A stretch of 64,000 nucleotides of DNA from a virus. The position numbers and the translations under genes were made by a program. The stretch is taken from positions 58,707 through 122,706 of IMG/VR virus record IMGVR_UViG_3300020045_004509; one strand, 5' to 3'. The notes beneath the pieces are model-generated. The model did not search any database. It had not been told where the DNA came from and saw only the letters and a program-made list of their open reading frames with translations. Each line of letters begins with the position of its first letter. Position 1 is the stretch's first letter. This document shows positions 47,380 to 57,872 of this stretch, in pieces.

Positions 47380-49142
47380 AAATTTATGAAGGTGTGGTTG
47401 AAGATATCAACGACCCATTAAAAGTGGGTCGGGTTCGGGTTCGAGTATTTGGTTTACATACCGATGATAAGAACCTAATACCAACAGATGCATTGCCGTG
47501 GGCTAAAGTTCAAATGTCAACAACATTTGCATCTATGTCAGGTATAGGAACCATGCATGGGTTGCTTCAGGGGTCATGGGTTACGCTATATTTCAAAGAT
47601 AAGGATGAACAGTATCCGGTTGTTTTGGGGTCATTGTTGGGAGTTCCTGTCAATACAAATCAGGTAGCAACAGAAGAATTCTTGGAATTTTCAGATTCAG
47701 AAGCTGTTGTTTCTGAAAATGTATTGAAAGATAGTTCAGGACAACCAGTTGTTGATAGTTCCAATAAACCAATCAAAACTGAACCAGTGGTAGTTCCTGA
47801 TACTATTCCAAAAGCCACAAATTCAAAGGTGATTTCATCTGAACTTGGGTCAGTTTCTTCAAAATATGAATCTAATGGAAATCCAGGAACGATTAATAAA
47901 TATGCATCTGGGGTAGACTTAGGGGGGGCTTCTTATGGGGCATATCAATTTGCATCATATTTAAAAGCTGAAAACACCCCAACAAGAACAAGTGTTACCC
48001 AAGCGCAGATCAAAAATTCACCCGTGATGCAATATATTAGGACAAGTCAATATGCAAGTCAATTTTCAGGTTTGACCCCGGCAACAACAGCGTTTGATTC
48101 TGTTTGGAAAGAAATTGCAAAATCTGATCGTTCAGCTTTTTTAGCAGACCAACACAAATATATTGAACGTAACTATTATCAAGTTGCTGCATCAAAATGC
48201 AAAACTTCAGTTACGAATAGGGGCAAAGCTATTCATGAGGCAATTTGGTCTATGTCAGTTCAACTTGGTACGGGGGGCGCTGCATCAAAGATAAATACGG
48301 TAATTGGGAACGTAGCACCTGATGTATGTGATGATAAGACAGTTTCGTTATTATATGATTCAAGGATAGATACTGTTCAATCCGATTTCAAATCAAGTCC
48401 GGGGCTATGGAATGGTCTAATCAAACGGTTTAAGTCGGAAAAATCCGACTTAATGAAACTTGCTGCTACTTATCAAACTGGCACTTGTGCATCAGCAATT
48501 ACTACAGTCGTTGAAGAAAAAACGGTTTACAAAGAAGATCAGAAAAAGGAAATAGTTAAAGAAGAAAAAACTATTGCTGTTCAATCTACTAAAAAAATTG
48601 GAGACCGGGGCTTTGGTGATCCAGATAAAGAATTCCCATTATATTATAATGAAGCAGATACCCATAGATTGATTAGGGGTATTATCACCGGAACTATTGT
48701 TGATGCAAAACGATCCGGAACTATTTCAGGGCAAGAAGCTGGCGATACTACAATTTCTGAACCTGTTACTCAATATAATACTAAGTATCCATACAACAAA
48801 GTATTTGCAACAAGATCAGGGCATATCATTGAATTGGATGATACCCCCGGTTATGAACGGATTCATGTTTATCATAAATCAGGAACCTTTGTTGAATTCT
48901 ATCCTGATGGAAAGTTAGTCACAAAAGTTCGGGATACTAATACCACAGTAGTAAACTTAGATAATAATACTATTACTATGGGGGATTCTAATATTCATAC
49001 CGAAAACAATTCAAATGAAACGGTATATGGAAACAAGAAACTGATCGTATACGGTAACTTAAATATTGAAGTAAATGGGGATTGTAATACTACCGTTACT
49101 GGTTCTGCATCAATAAAAGCTTCAATTATAAATCTAAACTAA
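47376..49142 (+). CDS. 5: Baseplate hub / tail spike gp5 with non-T4L lysozyme-like domain
   Basis: GVVED..DPL..GRVRVR..G.H OB fold and YPYNKV..T.SGH..E.DDTPG.ERI..YH.SGT; central YES...GG.SYG.YQ domain. Confidence 0.9.
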   Translation: MKIYEGVVEDINDPLKVGRVRVRVFGLHTDDKNLIPTDALPWAKVQMSTTFASMSGIGTMHGLLQGSWVTLYFKDKDEQYPVVLGSLLGVPVNTNQVATEEFLEFSDSEAVVSENVLKDSSGQPVVDSSNKPIKTEPVVVPDTIPKATNSKVISSELGSVSSKYESNGNPGTINKYASGVDLGGASYGAYQFASYLKAENTPTRTSVTQAQIKNSPVMQYIRTSQYASQFSGLTPATTAFDSVWKEIAKSDRSAFLADQHKYIERNYYQVAASKCKTSVTNRGKAIHEAIWSMSVQLGTGGAASKINTVIGNVAPDVCDDKTVSLLYDSRIDTVQSDFKSSPGLWNGLIKRFKSEKSDLMKLAATYQTGTCASAITTVVEEKTVYKEDQKKEIVKEEKTIAVQSTKKIGDRGFGDPDKEFPLYYNEADTHRLIRGIITGTIVDAKRSGTISGQEAGDTTISEPVTQYNTKYPYNKVFATRSGHIIELDDTPGYERIHVYHKSGTFVEFYPDGKLVTKVRDTNTTVVNLDNNTITMGDSNIHTENNSNETVYGNKKLIVYGNLNIEVNGDCNTTVTGSASIKASIINLN

Positions 49143-49143
49143 A

Positions 49144-49710
49144 ATGCTTAATACTAATTTTCTGCTAAAATTTGCTGATGCAAACAAAGGTCATTACACG
49201 TTTGAAGATAACAAAGAAGCATTTGTTCGGGATAGAAAAAACAATGTGAACGAAGATCAACTAAGTAAGGTCTTGTTGTCCCCATCAACAGAAATGAATC
49301 TAGCGTATTCTGCATTTGATCATCCAAACATGACTTCTAAAGTTATCGGGGATGTTTTGGAATCCCCAACCTCTCATATGTGGAAAAAGAAAATAGCGGT
49401 TCAGCATGATAAAGCTACGCCTGAACAACTTCAAAAAGTATTAGAACTACCAAATTCTGATCCTGCAAATTATGCTTTAAAAAGCTATGCAATCAATAAC
49501 AACAATATCACATCTGACAACATTACGACCGCTTTAAAAGACCCAGAATCGTCTATCAGGATTTCTGCTATGGAACATCCAAAAGCTGAAGAAAAGCATT
49601 TCAGGGCTGGTTTAACTGATCCTGACTATAGGGTAAACACATCTGCTTCCCGAAGATTGCGAACTTTGCAATCCATCTATGATTTGAATGATCCAATACT
49701 AAAGGATTAA
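49144..49710 (+). CDS. HEAT/LRV-like repeat protein, paralog A
   Basis: A..HP repeats; N-terminus shared with the next gene. Confidence 0.7.
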   Translation: MLNTNFLLKFADANKGHYTFEDNKEAFVRDRKNNVNEDQLSKVLLSPSTEMNLAYSAFDHPNMTSKVIGDVLESPTSHMWKKKIAVQHDKATPEQLQKVLELPNSDPANYALKSYAINNNNITSDNITTALKDPESSIRISAMEHPKAEEKHFRAGLTDPDYRVNTSASRRLRTLQSIYDLNDPILKD

Positions 49711-49712
49711 AA

Positions 49713-50309
49713 ATGATCGATTCAAACTTTCTAAGGCGCTATACAAATCCATCTAAAGGGCATTTCACATATGATGACAACCCATTGGCATATATGCGGC
49801 ATCCTAAGTCTAATCCATCAAAAGAAGAAATGTATAAATCAATGGAATCTGATGATTGGTCTTTAAGACAAGCTACGGTAGTTCATAAAAATGCAGATGA
49901 TATAGTTCTTCGTTCAGGATTTGACGATATGAGTATTGATGTTAGAAATAATGCTATTAAGCACCCCAATTTACCAAATGATCTTTTAGATAAAGCGGTA
50001 AATTCATCAAATTCAACACAAAATTTATATGCATCAATGAACCCAAACGCAACAACTAAACATCTTGATCAATTGGCGCATAGCGATAATGAACGGGTTC
50101 TAAGGACTGTTGCCGAAAATCCAAAATTAAGCCCAGAAAAACATGAAATGCTCCTAAAAGACCCATCAGAACATGTTCAAATTGCTGCTATGCATAATCC
50201 AAATACTACTGATGACCAAATTGATAATATGTATACTACAACCCGTAGTATGCACGTTCAAGATGAAGCGTTAAGAATAAAATATGCAAAAATGGATGGG
50301 GTGATATAA
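49713..50309 (+). CDS. HEAT/LRV-like repeat protein, paralog B
   Basis: A..HPN/NPN repeats. Confidence 0.7.
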   Translation: MIDSNFLRRYTNPSKGHFTYDDNPLAYMRHPKSNPSKEEMYKSMESDDWSLRQATVVHKNADDIVLRSGFDDMSIDVRNNAIKHPNLPNDLLDKAVNSSNSTQNLYASMNPNATTKHLDQLAHSDNERVLRTVAENPKLSPEKHEMLLKDPSEHVQIAAMHNPNTTDDQIDNMYTTTRSMHVQDEALRIKYAKMDGVI

Positions 50310-50795
50310 ATGTTTTTTGATTATTTCCCCAACACATACTTCAATATTGACGATAAGACATTAGTTCTTGTTACCGATTTTATTCGGGCAGTCAAACTTG
50401 ATAAGGTTCTGAAAACCGATCCAACCCTATTCTATGAATACGAATGTTTGGATAATGAAATGCCTGAAATCATTTCCCATAAGTTTTATAAGTCTACTTA
50501 TTACCATTGGGTGATTATGCTTTTGAACGAAAAGTTTGATCCATATCGGGACTTTCCAAAAGATGATGCATCTATCATCAAAATGACTACCGATAAGTAT
50601 ACTGACATCAATGGTATCCATCACTATGAAGATTCATCGGGGGATTATGTTGATGTGTTTTATGTTGGGGGAGCCCCAATCACAAATCTTGAATATGAAC
50701 GTCGTTTGAATCAAGAAAAACGATCAATTAAAATTATGCACCCCGAAGTTCTTTCAGAATTCGTTCAATCCTATAAACAGCTAATTTCCCAATGA
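50310..50795 (+). CDS. 53: Baseplate wedge subunit gp53
   Basis: FF..FP, PEII..K.Y....HWVI.L.N, HHYE and TN.EYE..LN..KR.IK. Confidence 0.9.
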   Translation: MFFDYFPNTYFNIDDKTLVLVTDFIRAVKLDKVLKTDPTLFYEYECLDNEMPEIISHKFYKSTYYHWVIMLLNEKFDPYRDFPKDDASIIKMTTDKYTDINGIHHYEDSSGDYVDVFYVGGAPITNLEYERRLNQEKRSIKIMHPEVLSEFVQSYKQLISQ

Positions 50796-51610
50796 TCAAA
50801 TTTTCAGAATTCAAACCAATCCCAAAAATTCTTTGTGGTATATCATCAACTGAATCAGTAAAGGAAGCAATTTCTGTACCAGATTACACAAATTATATTG
50901 GGGATGAAGCCCATGATCCAGAAAAATTAGGGTATAAGAAATATATTGGAGATGTCTATAAGCATCCAAACCATCCTGATAAAGCATTCATTTTTTCGGG
51001 AAGCCAAAATCCAATAGAGTTTGATTCTGTGAATGATGCAATAGATCATGAATTTGATGTGGGCAATTCAGCCGAAGAAAAGGCATATAAGCTACATCAA
51101 TCCCTTTCAAAACACTATAGTAGCCAAAAGTTTAACAAGAATCATCAACAAGCAATTCGGGATTATTCTGAAACCCATTCTAATATCAATGATCGATTAC
51201 TTCAGGGTAATTTGGAATCCCATCACAATACATATATTGGTCATTTGGATGATGCCCTTTCTAAAGTAAAAACCCCAGATGATATGGTTGTCTATACTGG
51301 AACTAATAAAGAACATGCCGATATTGTAAGGAACAATCCAGTTGTAGCCCATCCAAGTTTTTTGTCGGCATCTTTGATGAAAAAGAAAGCAGTTAATTTT
51401 GCTAGAGAAAAAGATGGGGATGTAATTGCTATACATCTTCCCAAGGAATCTTCAGGGGCATATATTGGTCATATGTCAAGTAATTCTGAAGAATATGAAT
51501 TCATGCTTCCTCGAAATAAAAAATTACAGATTGACCATTCTAAGCGTCAGTTCATTCGAAACAATCAAACCAATAGATTAATTACAATACATCACGCAAC
51601 ATTAATTTGA
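50792..51610 (+). CDS. VIP2/Alt-like ADP-ribosyltransferase
   Basis: Y.....IN..L, VYTG, FLSASL and EYEFMLPRN. Confidence 0.75.
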   Translation: MIKFSEFKPIPKILCGISSTESVKEAISVPDYTNYIGDEAHDPEKLGYKKYIGDVYKHPNHPDKAFIFSGSQNPIEFDSVNDAIDHEFDVGNSAEEKAYKLHQSLSKHYSSQKFNKNHQQAIRDYSETHSNINDRLLQGNLESHHNTYIGHLDDALSKVKTPDDMVVYTGTNKEHADIVRNNPVVAHPSFLSASLMKKKAVNFAREKDGDVIAIHLPKESSGAYIGHMSSNSEEYEFMLPRNKKLQIDHSKRQFIRNNQTNRLITIHHATLI

Positions 51611-51617
51611 ATAGTTG

Positions 51618-51646
51618 TTGTATTTTTGCGACAAAGGTGGTATAAT
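51618..51646 (+). promoter_or_regulatory. sigma70 promoter for the 55-47-46 operon
   Basis: TTGTAT-17 bp-TATAAT with an extended -10 TG. Confidence 0.65.
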
Positions 51647-51675
51647 GTCATTAGGTAAACTAATTAAGGATAATA

Positions 51676-52239
51676 ATGACAGATGACATGCCAATCAAAC
51701 ACTATATTTCAAACAAAGAATTTAGTTTAGCAATTATAGAATACATAGACAAGTGTAAAATTTTAGAAGATGAAGGGAAAGACATTCCCCCTATTCCTGA
51801 TGATATAGCAAAACAGTTTGTTGTTCTTGCAACTAAACTTGGTTCCCGATATAACTTCGCTGGATATTCATATCGGGATGATATGGTATCTGATGCCATA
51901 TTTGCCTGTTGTGCCAAGATTCGAAAATTTGATTATAACATCAGTACAAATGCTTTTGCATACTTTACCAATGTCTGTTGGAGGGCAATGGTTGATGTGA
52001 TCAATTTTGAAGCCAAGATGTCTTATATCAAAGCCAAGATGCACCAATCATTAGACTATGACCAGACTTTAGATGATAATGATATGTCAGATTTTTCTGA
52101 ACAAACAGATTCTATGAACGATACAACCCCGTTTTTTGATATTCAAGAATTCGAAAAGAAAATGTCAGATAGAAAAGAAAAAGCTAAACTTTCCCCAAGA
52201 AAGACAAAACTTACTTCAACAGTTCTTGATTTGGGTTAA
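51676..52239 (+). CDS. 55: Late sigma factor gp55
   Basis: HYI.NKEF, NF.GYSYR.DM..D and NAFAYFT motifs. Confidence 0.93.
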   Translation: MTDDMPIKHYISNKEFSLAIIEYIDKCKILEDEGKDIPPIPDDIAKQFVVLATKLGSRYNFAGYSYRDDMVSDAIFACCAKIRKFDYNISTNAFAYFTNVCWRAMVDVINFEAKMSYIKAKMHQSLDYDQTLDDNDMSDFSEQTDSMNDTTPFFDIQEFEKKMSDRKEKAKLSPRKTKLTSTVLDLG

Positions 52240-52242
52240 ACT

Positions 52243-53283
52243 ATGACAATTGCTATTTTGGGAGATTGTCACTTCAATTGTCACAACGCATCAGTCATTC
52301 ATCATGAATACATGAAGAAGTTCTTTGTTGAATTTTTTGAATACATCGATGAAAAGAAGATCAAAACTGTGTTACAGTTAGGGGATATGTTTGATGTTCG
52401 AAAGCACGTCAACACTTGGGCTTTAAGATTCTTTAGGGAAAACTTTATTCAACCATGTATAGAACGAAACTTAACTGTTTATGTTTTGGTTGGAAACCAT
52501 GATATTTTTCATCGAGAAACAGTTGATGTATCTTCAGTTGAAGAAGTTCTGTTACCATACAAATCTAATTTCATTGTGGTCAACAACCCATTTGATACAT
52601 TCATTGATGGTAAGTCTTTCCTTTTGCTTCCATGGGTATGTAAAGATAATGAACAAGACGTTTCATCTGCTATCAAGAACAGCAAAGCAAAGTATTGTGC
52701 TGGACATTTTGAATTCAATGGGTTTGATTTGTTTCGGGGTCAACCAGCAAAAACAAATTACTTCCATCAAGAATATAAGAAGTTTGATCAAGTATTTTCG
52801 GGCCATTATCATGTCCGTTCCCAAAAAGACAATGTTCTTTATACAGGAACCCCATATCAACTAACTTGGTCTGATTATGGCATTGAAAAGGGATTCTATG
52901 TTCTTGATGATACATTAACATTCATCGATAATCATCATACTATCTATGGGGTAATTCGATTATCAGAAAATATTGATTTTACTATTGTTGATGTTCAGGA
53001 TAAGCATATCAAACTGTATATTGATGTTGAACTTTCCGCAAAAGATCGGGAAAAGTTGATCGATAAAATTTATAGCATGAACCCCCACAGTTTGAAGATC
53101 ATTGACGTAACAGTCTTGACCGAACAGAAAAATGCTGATACAATCGACACATCAGAATTCACTTCCTTGTCAGATATGATTTCGGGATACGTCAATAATA
53201 TTGATGTTGGGGTGAATATTCAAAAGGACAAACTACAGAATGTTCTATTAAAATTATTGTCGGAAGTTGGAAATGCAAGTTAA
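52243..53283 (+). CDS. 47: Recombination endonuclease gp47 (Mre11-like)
   Basis: GD.H, LGD.FD.RK, GNHD, GHFE and SGHYH motifs. Confidence 0.95.
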   Translation: MTIAILGDCHFNCHNASVIHHEYMKKFFVEFFEYIDEKKIKTVLQLGDMFDVRKHVNTWALRFFRENFIQPCIERNLTVYVLVGNHDIFHRETVDVSSVEEVLLPYKSNFIVVNNPFDTFIDGKSFLLLPWVCKDNEQDVSSAIKNSKAKYCAGHFEFNGFDLFRGQPAKTNYFHQEYKKFDQVFSGHYHVRSQKDNVLYTGTPYQLTWSDYGIEKGFYVLDDTLTFIDNHHTIYGVIRLSENIDFTIVDVQDKHIKLYIDVELSAKDREKLIDKIYSMNPHSLKIIDVTVLTEQKNADTIDTSEFTSLSDMISGYVNNIDVGVNIQKDKLQNVLLKLLSEVGNAS

Positions 53284-54994
53284 ATTTCATTGGGTTCAAT
53301 ATAAAAATCTTCTTTCATATGGTAATGTATTCACTAAGGTAGATTTAGAATCATTCCGAACAACTATTCAAAAAGGTTCGGTTGGATCGGGTAAGTCAAC
53401 TTTGTTAGATGCTATTTGCTATGCTTTGTATGGTTCCCCTTATCGAAAGATTAAACTTGGTCAGATGATCAATTCAATCAACAAGAAATCTTTGATGGTC
53501 GAAATCCAGTTCTCAATTGGTCTTGATGTTTATCTGGTTAAGCGGGGAATGAAACCAAATATTTTCGAAATCTATAAGAATCAAGAAATCATCATTGAAG
53601 ATGCTGCCCTGAAGGATTATCAAACTGTTTTAGAATCTATTATTGGGATCAATTTTAAGACATTCAAACAGATTGTTGTGATTGGATCAGCTAACTATGT
53701 TCCGTTCATGTCTTTACCCGCAGCAGAACGAAGATTGATAACAGAACAAGTTTTAGATATTTCAGTCTTTAGTTCTATGTTGGAAATTTGTAAACAAAAA
53801 CATAATGAAACTAAATCTGCGATTGATAATGTCACATATGAACTTGGGACATTGACCAATCAATTAACAAGTCAGAATCATATGTTGACTTCTTTGGAAA
53901 AGGATCAAGCAATTAGACTTCAGGATATTGAATTTAAGAAATCGGAATTGGTAACCGAAATCACAAACATTCAAAGACAACAAAAAGATTTGAATGAAAT
54001 TATTGAAACTACAAAACCAGCAAAAGAATCATTGGATAAGTTGAAAGAAGCCAAAACAAAACTTGAACGAATGATTTTTAAGAATAACATCAAGAAAAAG
54101 GATTTGGAAACATCAACTGGTTTCTATGACCATGATTCCTGCCCAACATGCAATCAGACGATTCCATTAGCCCTAAAGGAACAGAAAAATCAGGAAGTGT
54201 TTGATCAGGTTCACGTTTTAACAGAAGAAATTTCCAAAGCAGAAGGTTATTTAGATGGTTTTGGGTTTAAAATCGCAGCATTGGAAAGTCAGGTTGATCA
54301 GTTTGATGATGCAACCAATAAATTGTATAGTAGTAACCAAATCTTAAAACGGGCTAAACGTGAATATGAAGCGATGGAAAACTTGCGGGACAACAGCGAC
54401 ACCATTGATCTCTGTAAAATTAAAATTTCTGACCTTCTTAGTTTATCTTCCCAAAAGAAAGATGACAAGAACGTCCTTAACGAAGATTTGATCTATTACA
54501 AATCCTCTTTAGAAATTCTAAAGGATACTGGCATCAAAGCTAAGATCATAGCTACATTCATTCCTAAGTTGAATGTCTTGATCAATCAGTATCTTCAGAA
54601 ATTTGATCTGTTCATTCAGTTTGAATTGGATGAACTGTTTCAGGAAACAATCAAAAGTAGAAACCGGGATGTGTTTTCCTACAATTCTTTTTCTGAAGGG
54701 GAAAGAAAGAAGATTGACTTGGCTATTCTATTCAGTTGGAGAAAGATTGCTGAATCAAGAAATTCTATTTCAACCAATCTTCTAATATTTGATGAAACGA
54801 TGGATAGTAGTTTAGATATTGAGTCTGTTGATACGTTCATCGAAATTTTAGAAAGCATTGAAGAAAACGTAAACATCATTGTAATTTCCCATCGGGAAGT
54901 TGTTCCTGAACTTTTTGAACGACATCTGACTGTGAAAAAAGTTAAAGATTTTTCTGTTTTGGAAGAAATTTGTGGTACAATGACAACAACTTAG
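53273..54994 (+). CDS. 46: Recombination ATPase gp46 (Rad50-like)
   Basis: GSGKST, CPTC zinc hook, FSEGE and LIFDE motifs. Confidence 0.95.
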   Translation: MQVKFHWVQYKNLLSYGNVFTKVDLESFRTTIQKGSVGSGKSTLLDAICYALYGSPYRKIKLGQMINSINKKSLMVEIQFSIGLDVYLVKRGMKPNIFEIYKNQEIIIEDAALKDYQTVLESIIGINFKTFKQIVVIGSANYVPFMSLPAAERRLITEQVLDISVFSSMLEICKQKHNETKSAIDNVTYELGTLTNQLTSQNHMLTSLEKDQAIRLQDIEFKKSELVTEITNIQRQQKDLNEIIETTKPAKESLDKLKEAKTKLERMIFKNNIKKKDLETSTGFYDHDSCPTCNQTIPLALKEQKNQEVFDQVHVLTEEISKAEGYLDGFGFKIAALESQVDQFDDATNKLYSSNQILKRAKREYEAMENLRDNSDTIDLCKIKISDLLSLSSQKKDDKNVLNEDLIYYKSSLEILKDTGIKAKIIATFIPKLNVLINQYLQKFDLFIQFELDELFQETIKSRNRDVFSYNSFSEGERKKIDLAILFSWRKIAESRNSISTNLLIFDETMDSSLDIESVDTFIEILESIEENVNIIVISHREVVPELFERHLTVKKVKDFSVLEEICGTMTTT

Positions 54995-55007
54995 AAGAAA
55001 GATAAGA

Positions 55008-55244
55008 ATGATTGAAAAAATGTTTGAGAATCCAGCCCAATTTTCCCTTCATATCGAAGAATTAGCAAGCACTAAAAACCTTTCCTATATGGAAGCCCTG
55101 ATGTATTTTTGTGAATATGAATCAGATGCTGAATATGAAGACATTGCTGAAATGATATCTGCGCCCTTGAAAGAAAAAATTTACATGGAAGCAACCAAAA
55201 ACTACTCCATGCCAAAACGAACGTCTGCCCCATTAGACGAATGA
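55008..55244 (+). CDS. 33: Late transcription co-activator gp33
   Basis: F...IE......SYMEA...C and I...LKEKI..EA; next to gene 59. Confidence 0.85.
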   Translation: MIEKMFENPAQFSLHIEELASTKNLSYMEALMYFCEYESDAEYEDIAEMISAPLKEKIYMEATKNYSMPKRTSAPLDE

Positions 55245-55828
55245 CCGACGAAAAGGCATTTCAGTTGTATTTTGCGATTAGATTGCATTTTACAACAAAA
55301 TATGATGTGTTTGTTCATGGGACAAATTTTAAGAACAAATCAGAAGTTTCTGAACGGAATGACTTTTGGTTGATCAAGTCTTTTTTAAAAATAGCCAACT
55401 CAGAAAGGAAACTAATTGAATTATGCGTAGCTAATCATCTTTATGGGAACCCAGAATTTCTGTATAAACAAGATTATGCAGAAGACAACTATAAACATTG
55501 GAATAAAGTCAAGGAATCCATTGACTATACATTGTTTCGTGACCTAAGCTATATTGAACTGCAAATGTTGCGGAACAAGATTAGTTTAGACCAGTACCTT
55601 AGTACAAAAGTAATATCTGATATTTTATCAGCTAAAGTTGAATACGAATCCATTATTCTTCTTGATAGGTCAATCGAATGTATCCAAAAGATAGCTGGAT
55701 TTGACGCAACTAAATATCAGGTACGCATGTACAAATCAAGTAAATTCGTCAACAAAGGCACATTAAGCGTATCGCAACTAAGCCACATAGACAATTTTTT
55801 AAACAACATAAACTTTAAGGACAATTAA
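55241..55828 (+). CDS. 59: Helicase loader gp59
   Basis: AF.LY.AI.LHFT.KYD motif; lies between genes 33 and 32. Confidence 0.85.
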   Translation: MTDEKAFQLYFAIRLHFTTKYDVFVHGTNFKNKSEVSERNDFWLIKSFLKIANSERKLIELCVANHLYGNPEFLYKQDYAEDNYKHWNKVKESIDYTLFRDLSYIELQMLRNKISLDQYLSTKVISDILSAKVEYESIILLDRSIECIQKIAGFDATKYQVRMYKSSKFVNKGTLSVSQLSHIDNFLNNINFKDN

Positions 55829-55830
55829 AA

Positions 55831-56745
55831 ATGGCAACATCTCTTTCAGAAATGCGCAAAAATCGCGCAAGCATGATGGCAAACGTAATCAAATCAATGG
55901 AAAAAAAAGGATTTGATAAGAAAGAAGCGGATACCCGATTCTGGACTTTGACCCGCGACAAATCTGATGTGGGTTCGGCTATCATTCGGGTACTTCCCCC
56001 TGTTCATGGTAACGAACTCCCATATGTGAATAATTTTACATATGGATTTCAGGGCAGTAATGGTAAATGGTACATCAATAACAGTTTGTGGTCAATTGGG
56101 CAGGTTGACCCAGTAGGGGAAGCGAATGGTCTGTGTTATGCTTCCAAAGAAGCCGATCAGATTGAAATTGCCAAGAAACGCAAACTTCGTAAACAGTTCA
56201 TCGCAAACATCTTTGTCGTAAAAGACCCAGCAAATCCAGAAAATGACGGTAAGGTATTTTTGTGGAAATTCGGATCGAAGATTTTGGATACTATCAAAGG
56301 TAAACTTAGTCCAGAGTTTGATGGTGATGAACCTCAGATGGTATGGGATATTGATACCGGAAGTAATTTCCGTCTTCGGGCAAAGAGAGTTGCGGATTTT
56401 GTAAATTTCGATTCAAGTGAATGGGCAAGCCCAAGTCCTTTGGCGAAAACTGATGAAGAAATGGAAGCAATTATCAATCAGGCATATGATCTTTCTGAAT
56501 TCACAAAACCAGAATTCTTCAAGACGTATGATCAATTGATGACAGAATTCAAACGGGTTAGTGAAGGTGGGTCTAGTCCTAAGACTGCTGAACAACAACA
56601 ACAGCAACAGTTTGAAGATGTTCCAGATTTGGATGCAATGGTTAAGAATGCTGCCCAACCAGCAAAGAAAGTCGCAAAGAAAGTTGAACCAACTGATGAC
56701 GATGATTCAATGGATGAATTTGAAAAGTTGTTGAAAGACATGTAA
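55831..56745 (+). CDS. 32: Single-stranded DNA-binding protein gp32
   Basis: D.RFW, WYI.N, NI.VVKDP.NPENDGKVFL.KFG.KI and an acidic tail. Confidence 0.95.
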   Translation: MATSLSEMRKNRASMMANVIKSMEKKGFDKKEADTRFWTLTRDKSDVGSAIIRVLPPVHGNELPYVNNFTYGFQGSNGKWYINNSLWSIGQVDPVGEANGLCYASKEADQIEIAKKRKLRKQFIANIFVVKDPANPENDGKVFLWKFGSKILDTIKGKLSPEFDGDEPQMVWDIDTGSNFRLRAKRVADFVNFDSSEWASPSPLAKTDEEMEAIINQAYDLSEFTKPEFFKTYDQLMTEFKRVSEGGSSPKTAEQQQQQQFEDVPDLDAMVKNAAQPAKKVAKKVEPTDDDDSMDEFEKLLKDM

Positions 56746-56746
56746 A

Positions 56747-56775
56747 CAAAAGGGACTCAATTGAGTCCCTTTTTT
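56747..56775. terminator. Bidirectional rho-independent terminator
   Basis: AAAAGGGACTCAATTGAGTCCCTTTTTT between convergent genes 32 and 13. Confidence 0.85.
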
Positions 56776-56777
56776 AA

Positions 56778-57527
56778 TTAACCAATGAAAATACAATCAA
56801 TTGGTTCTGACCATTTATCTTCTAATTCCTGTTCAAGTTCCATTACTTCTTGATTTGCTTCATCAAAAATAATTTGTCCATTAAGGGTAGTTCCCCCCAT
56901 CATAACAACATTCGAAAACTTTTTCAGATTAGTTCCCCATTGTCTTTTAACTAAAGCTGTATAGTATCGTTTGAACCACACATCATTGAAGACTTTATCG
57001 TTGGTTTCAGGATTGATGGATAACATACATTCAACAACTACAGTTGATCCAACATTTAGTTTTCTTTCCCAAGAAATATCTATGTATAATTTATCAGTTA
57101 CTTTATTGAACCTGTAGGTAGGTTTCCCAGAAAGTGTCTCCTGTAAGAGGGCTAAATTCGTCATTGTCATTTTGTAGTATGCCAAATCTCCCCCTGACCA
57201 AAGATTATGCATTTCATTTTGAAGAAACTGATATTGAGCTGAAAATAACTGATCAGAAGATGCATACCCAGAATTATATGGTAGAATTCTAATAATACTC
57301 ACTACATTTGTTGGTAAGGAAATATATTTATTATCAAAATCTGTCTGAGTAACAGTATGTTTCAGAAATGTTTTTTCTGTTCCATCGAAGTGATAGTCTT
57401 GGTATTTTCTCAAAGCATCATCATATCTATCGGCCAATTGATCATCAGTGACATCAATAGTCAATATTGGGGCTCCAAGACTTCTTAAGCAGTATTGTTT
57501 GAATGCGATTAAAGTGGTGATAGCCAT
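56778..57527 (-). CDS. 13: Neck protein gp13
   Basis: YCLR.LGAP...I.V.DDQ..DR, YHFDG and KRQWG.NL.KF...M.GG..LNG. Confidence 0.93.
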   Translation of the reverse strand: MAITTLIAFKQYCLRSLGAPILTIDVTDDQLADRYDDALRKYQDYHFDGTEKTFLKHTVTQTDFDNKYISLPTNVVSIIRILPYNSGYASSDQLFSAQYQFLQNEMHNLWSGGDLAYYKMTMTNLALLQETLSGKPTYRFNKVTDKLYIDISWERKLNVGSTVVVECMLSINPETNDKVFNDVWFKRYYTALVKRQWGTNLKKFSNVVMMGGTTLNGQIIFDEANQEVMELEQELEDKWSEPIDCIFIG

Positions 57528-57529
57528 GA

Positions 57530-57748
57530 TTACTTTCTAAGAATCTTACTAATATCTTTTGTTGTCACATTACCAAACTTCGATTGTTTAATCAAAACAG
57601 TTGCAACTTTGTGAAGTTCATCATCAGACTTAATCTGTTCCCTTGAATACTCCATCAATCGAATCAGAAATGGAACGTCCATTGAAACGATATCAACTTG
57701 ATCTTCATTCAACAGCATTTTCTTGTATGCTTCAGTAATTTTCTGCAT
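57530..57748 (-). CDS. Small late protein
   Basis: ITEAY N-terminus; D.V.MDVP..IRL.EY.RE; TTAAATA upstream. Confidence 0.7.
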   Translation of the reverse strand: MQKITEAYKKMLLNEDQVDIVSMDVPFLIRLMEYSREQIKSDDELHKVATVLIKQSKFGNVTTKDISKILRK

Positions 57749-57872
57749 TTTATTTTCCTTTGTTGACCTATTTAAAGCCCCTACAATCGCTTAGAAGACC
57801 ATCAGGCTACATCGGTATACCTTAGACTATCTAAACGCAACCAAGACGATTCTGGTGCGTTGTAGGGCTATT

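Noticed and set aside
56590-56610. CAA/CAG microsatellite
   Set aside because: It simply encodes a poly-Gln linker in the gp32 tail.
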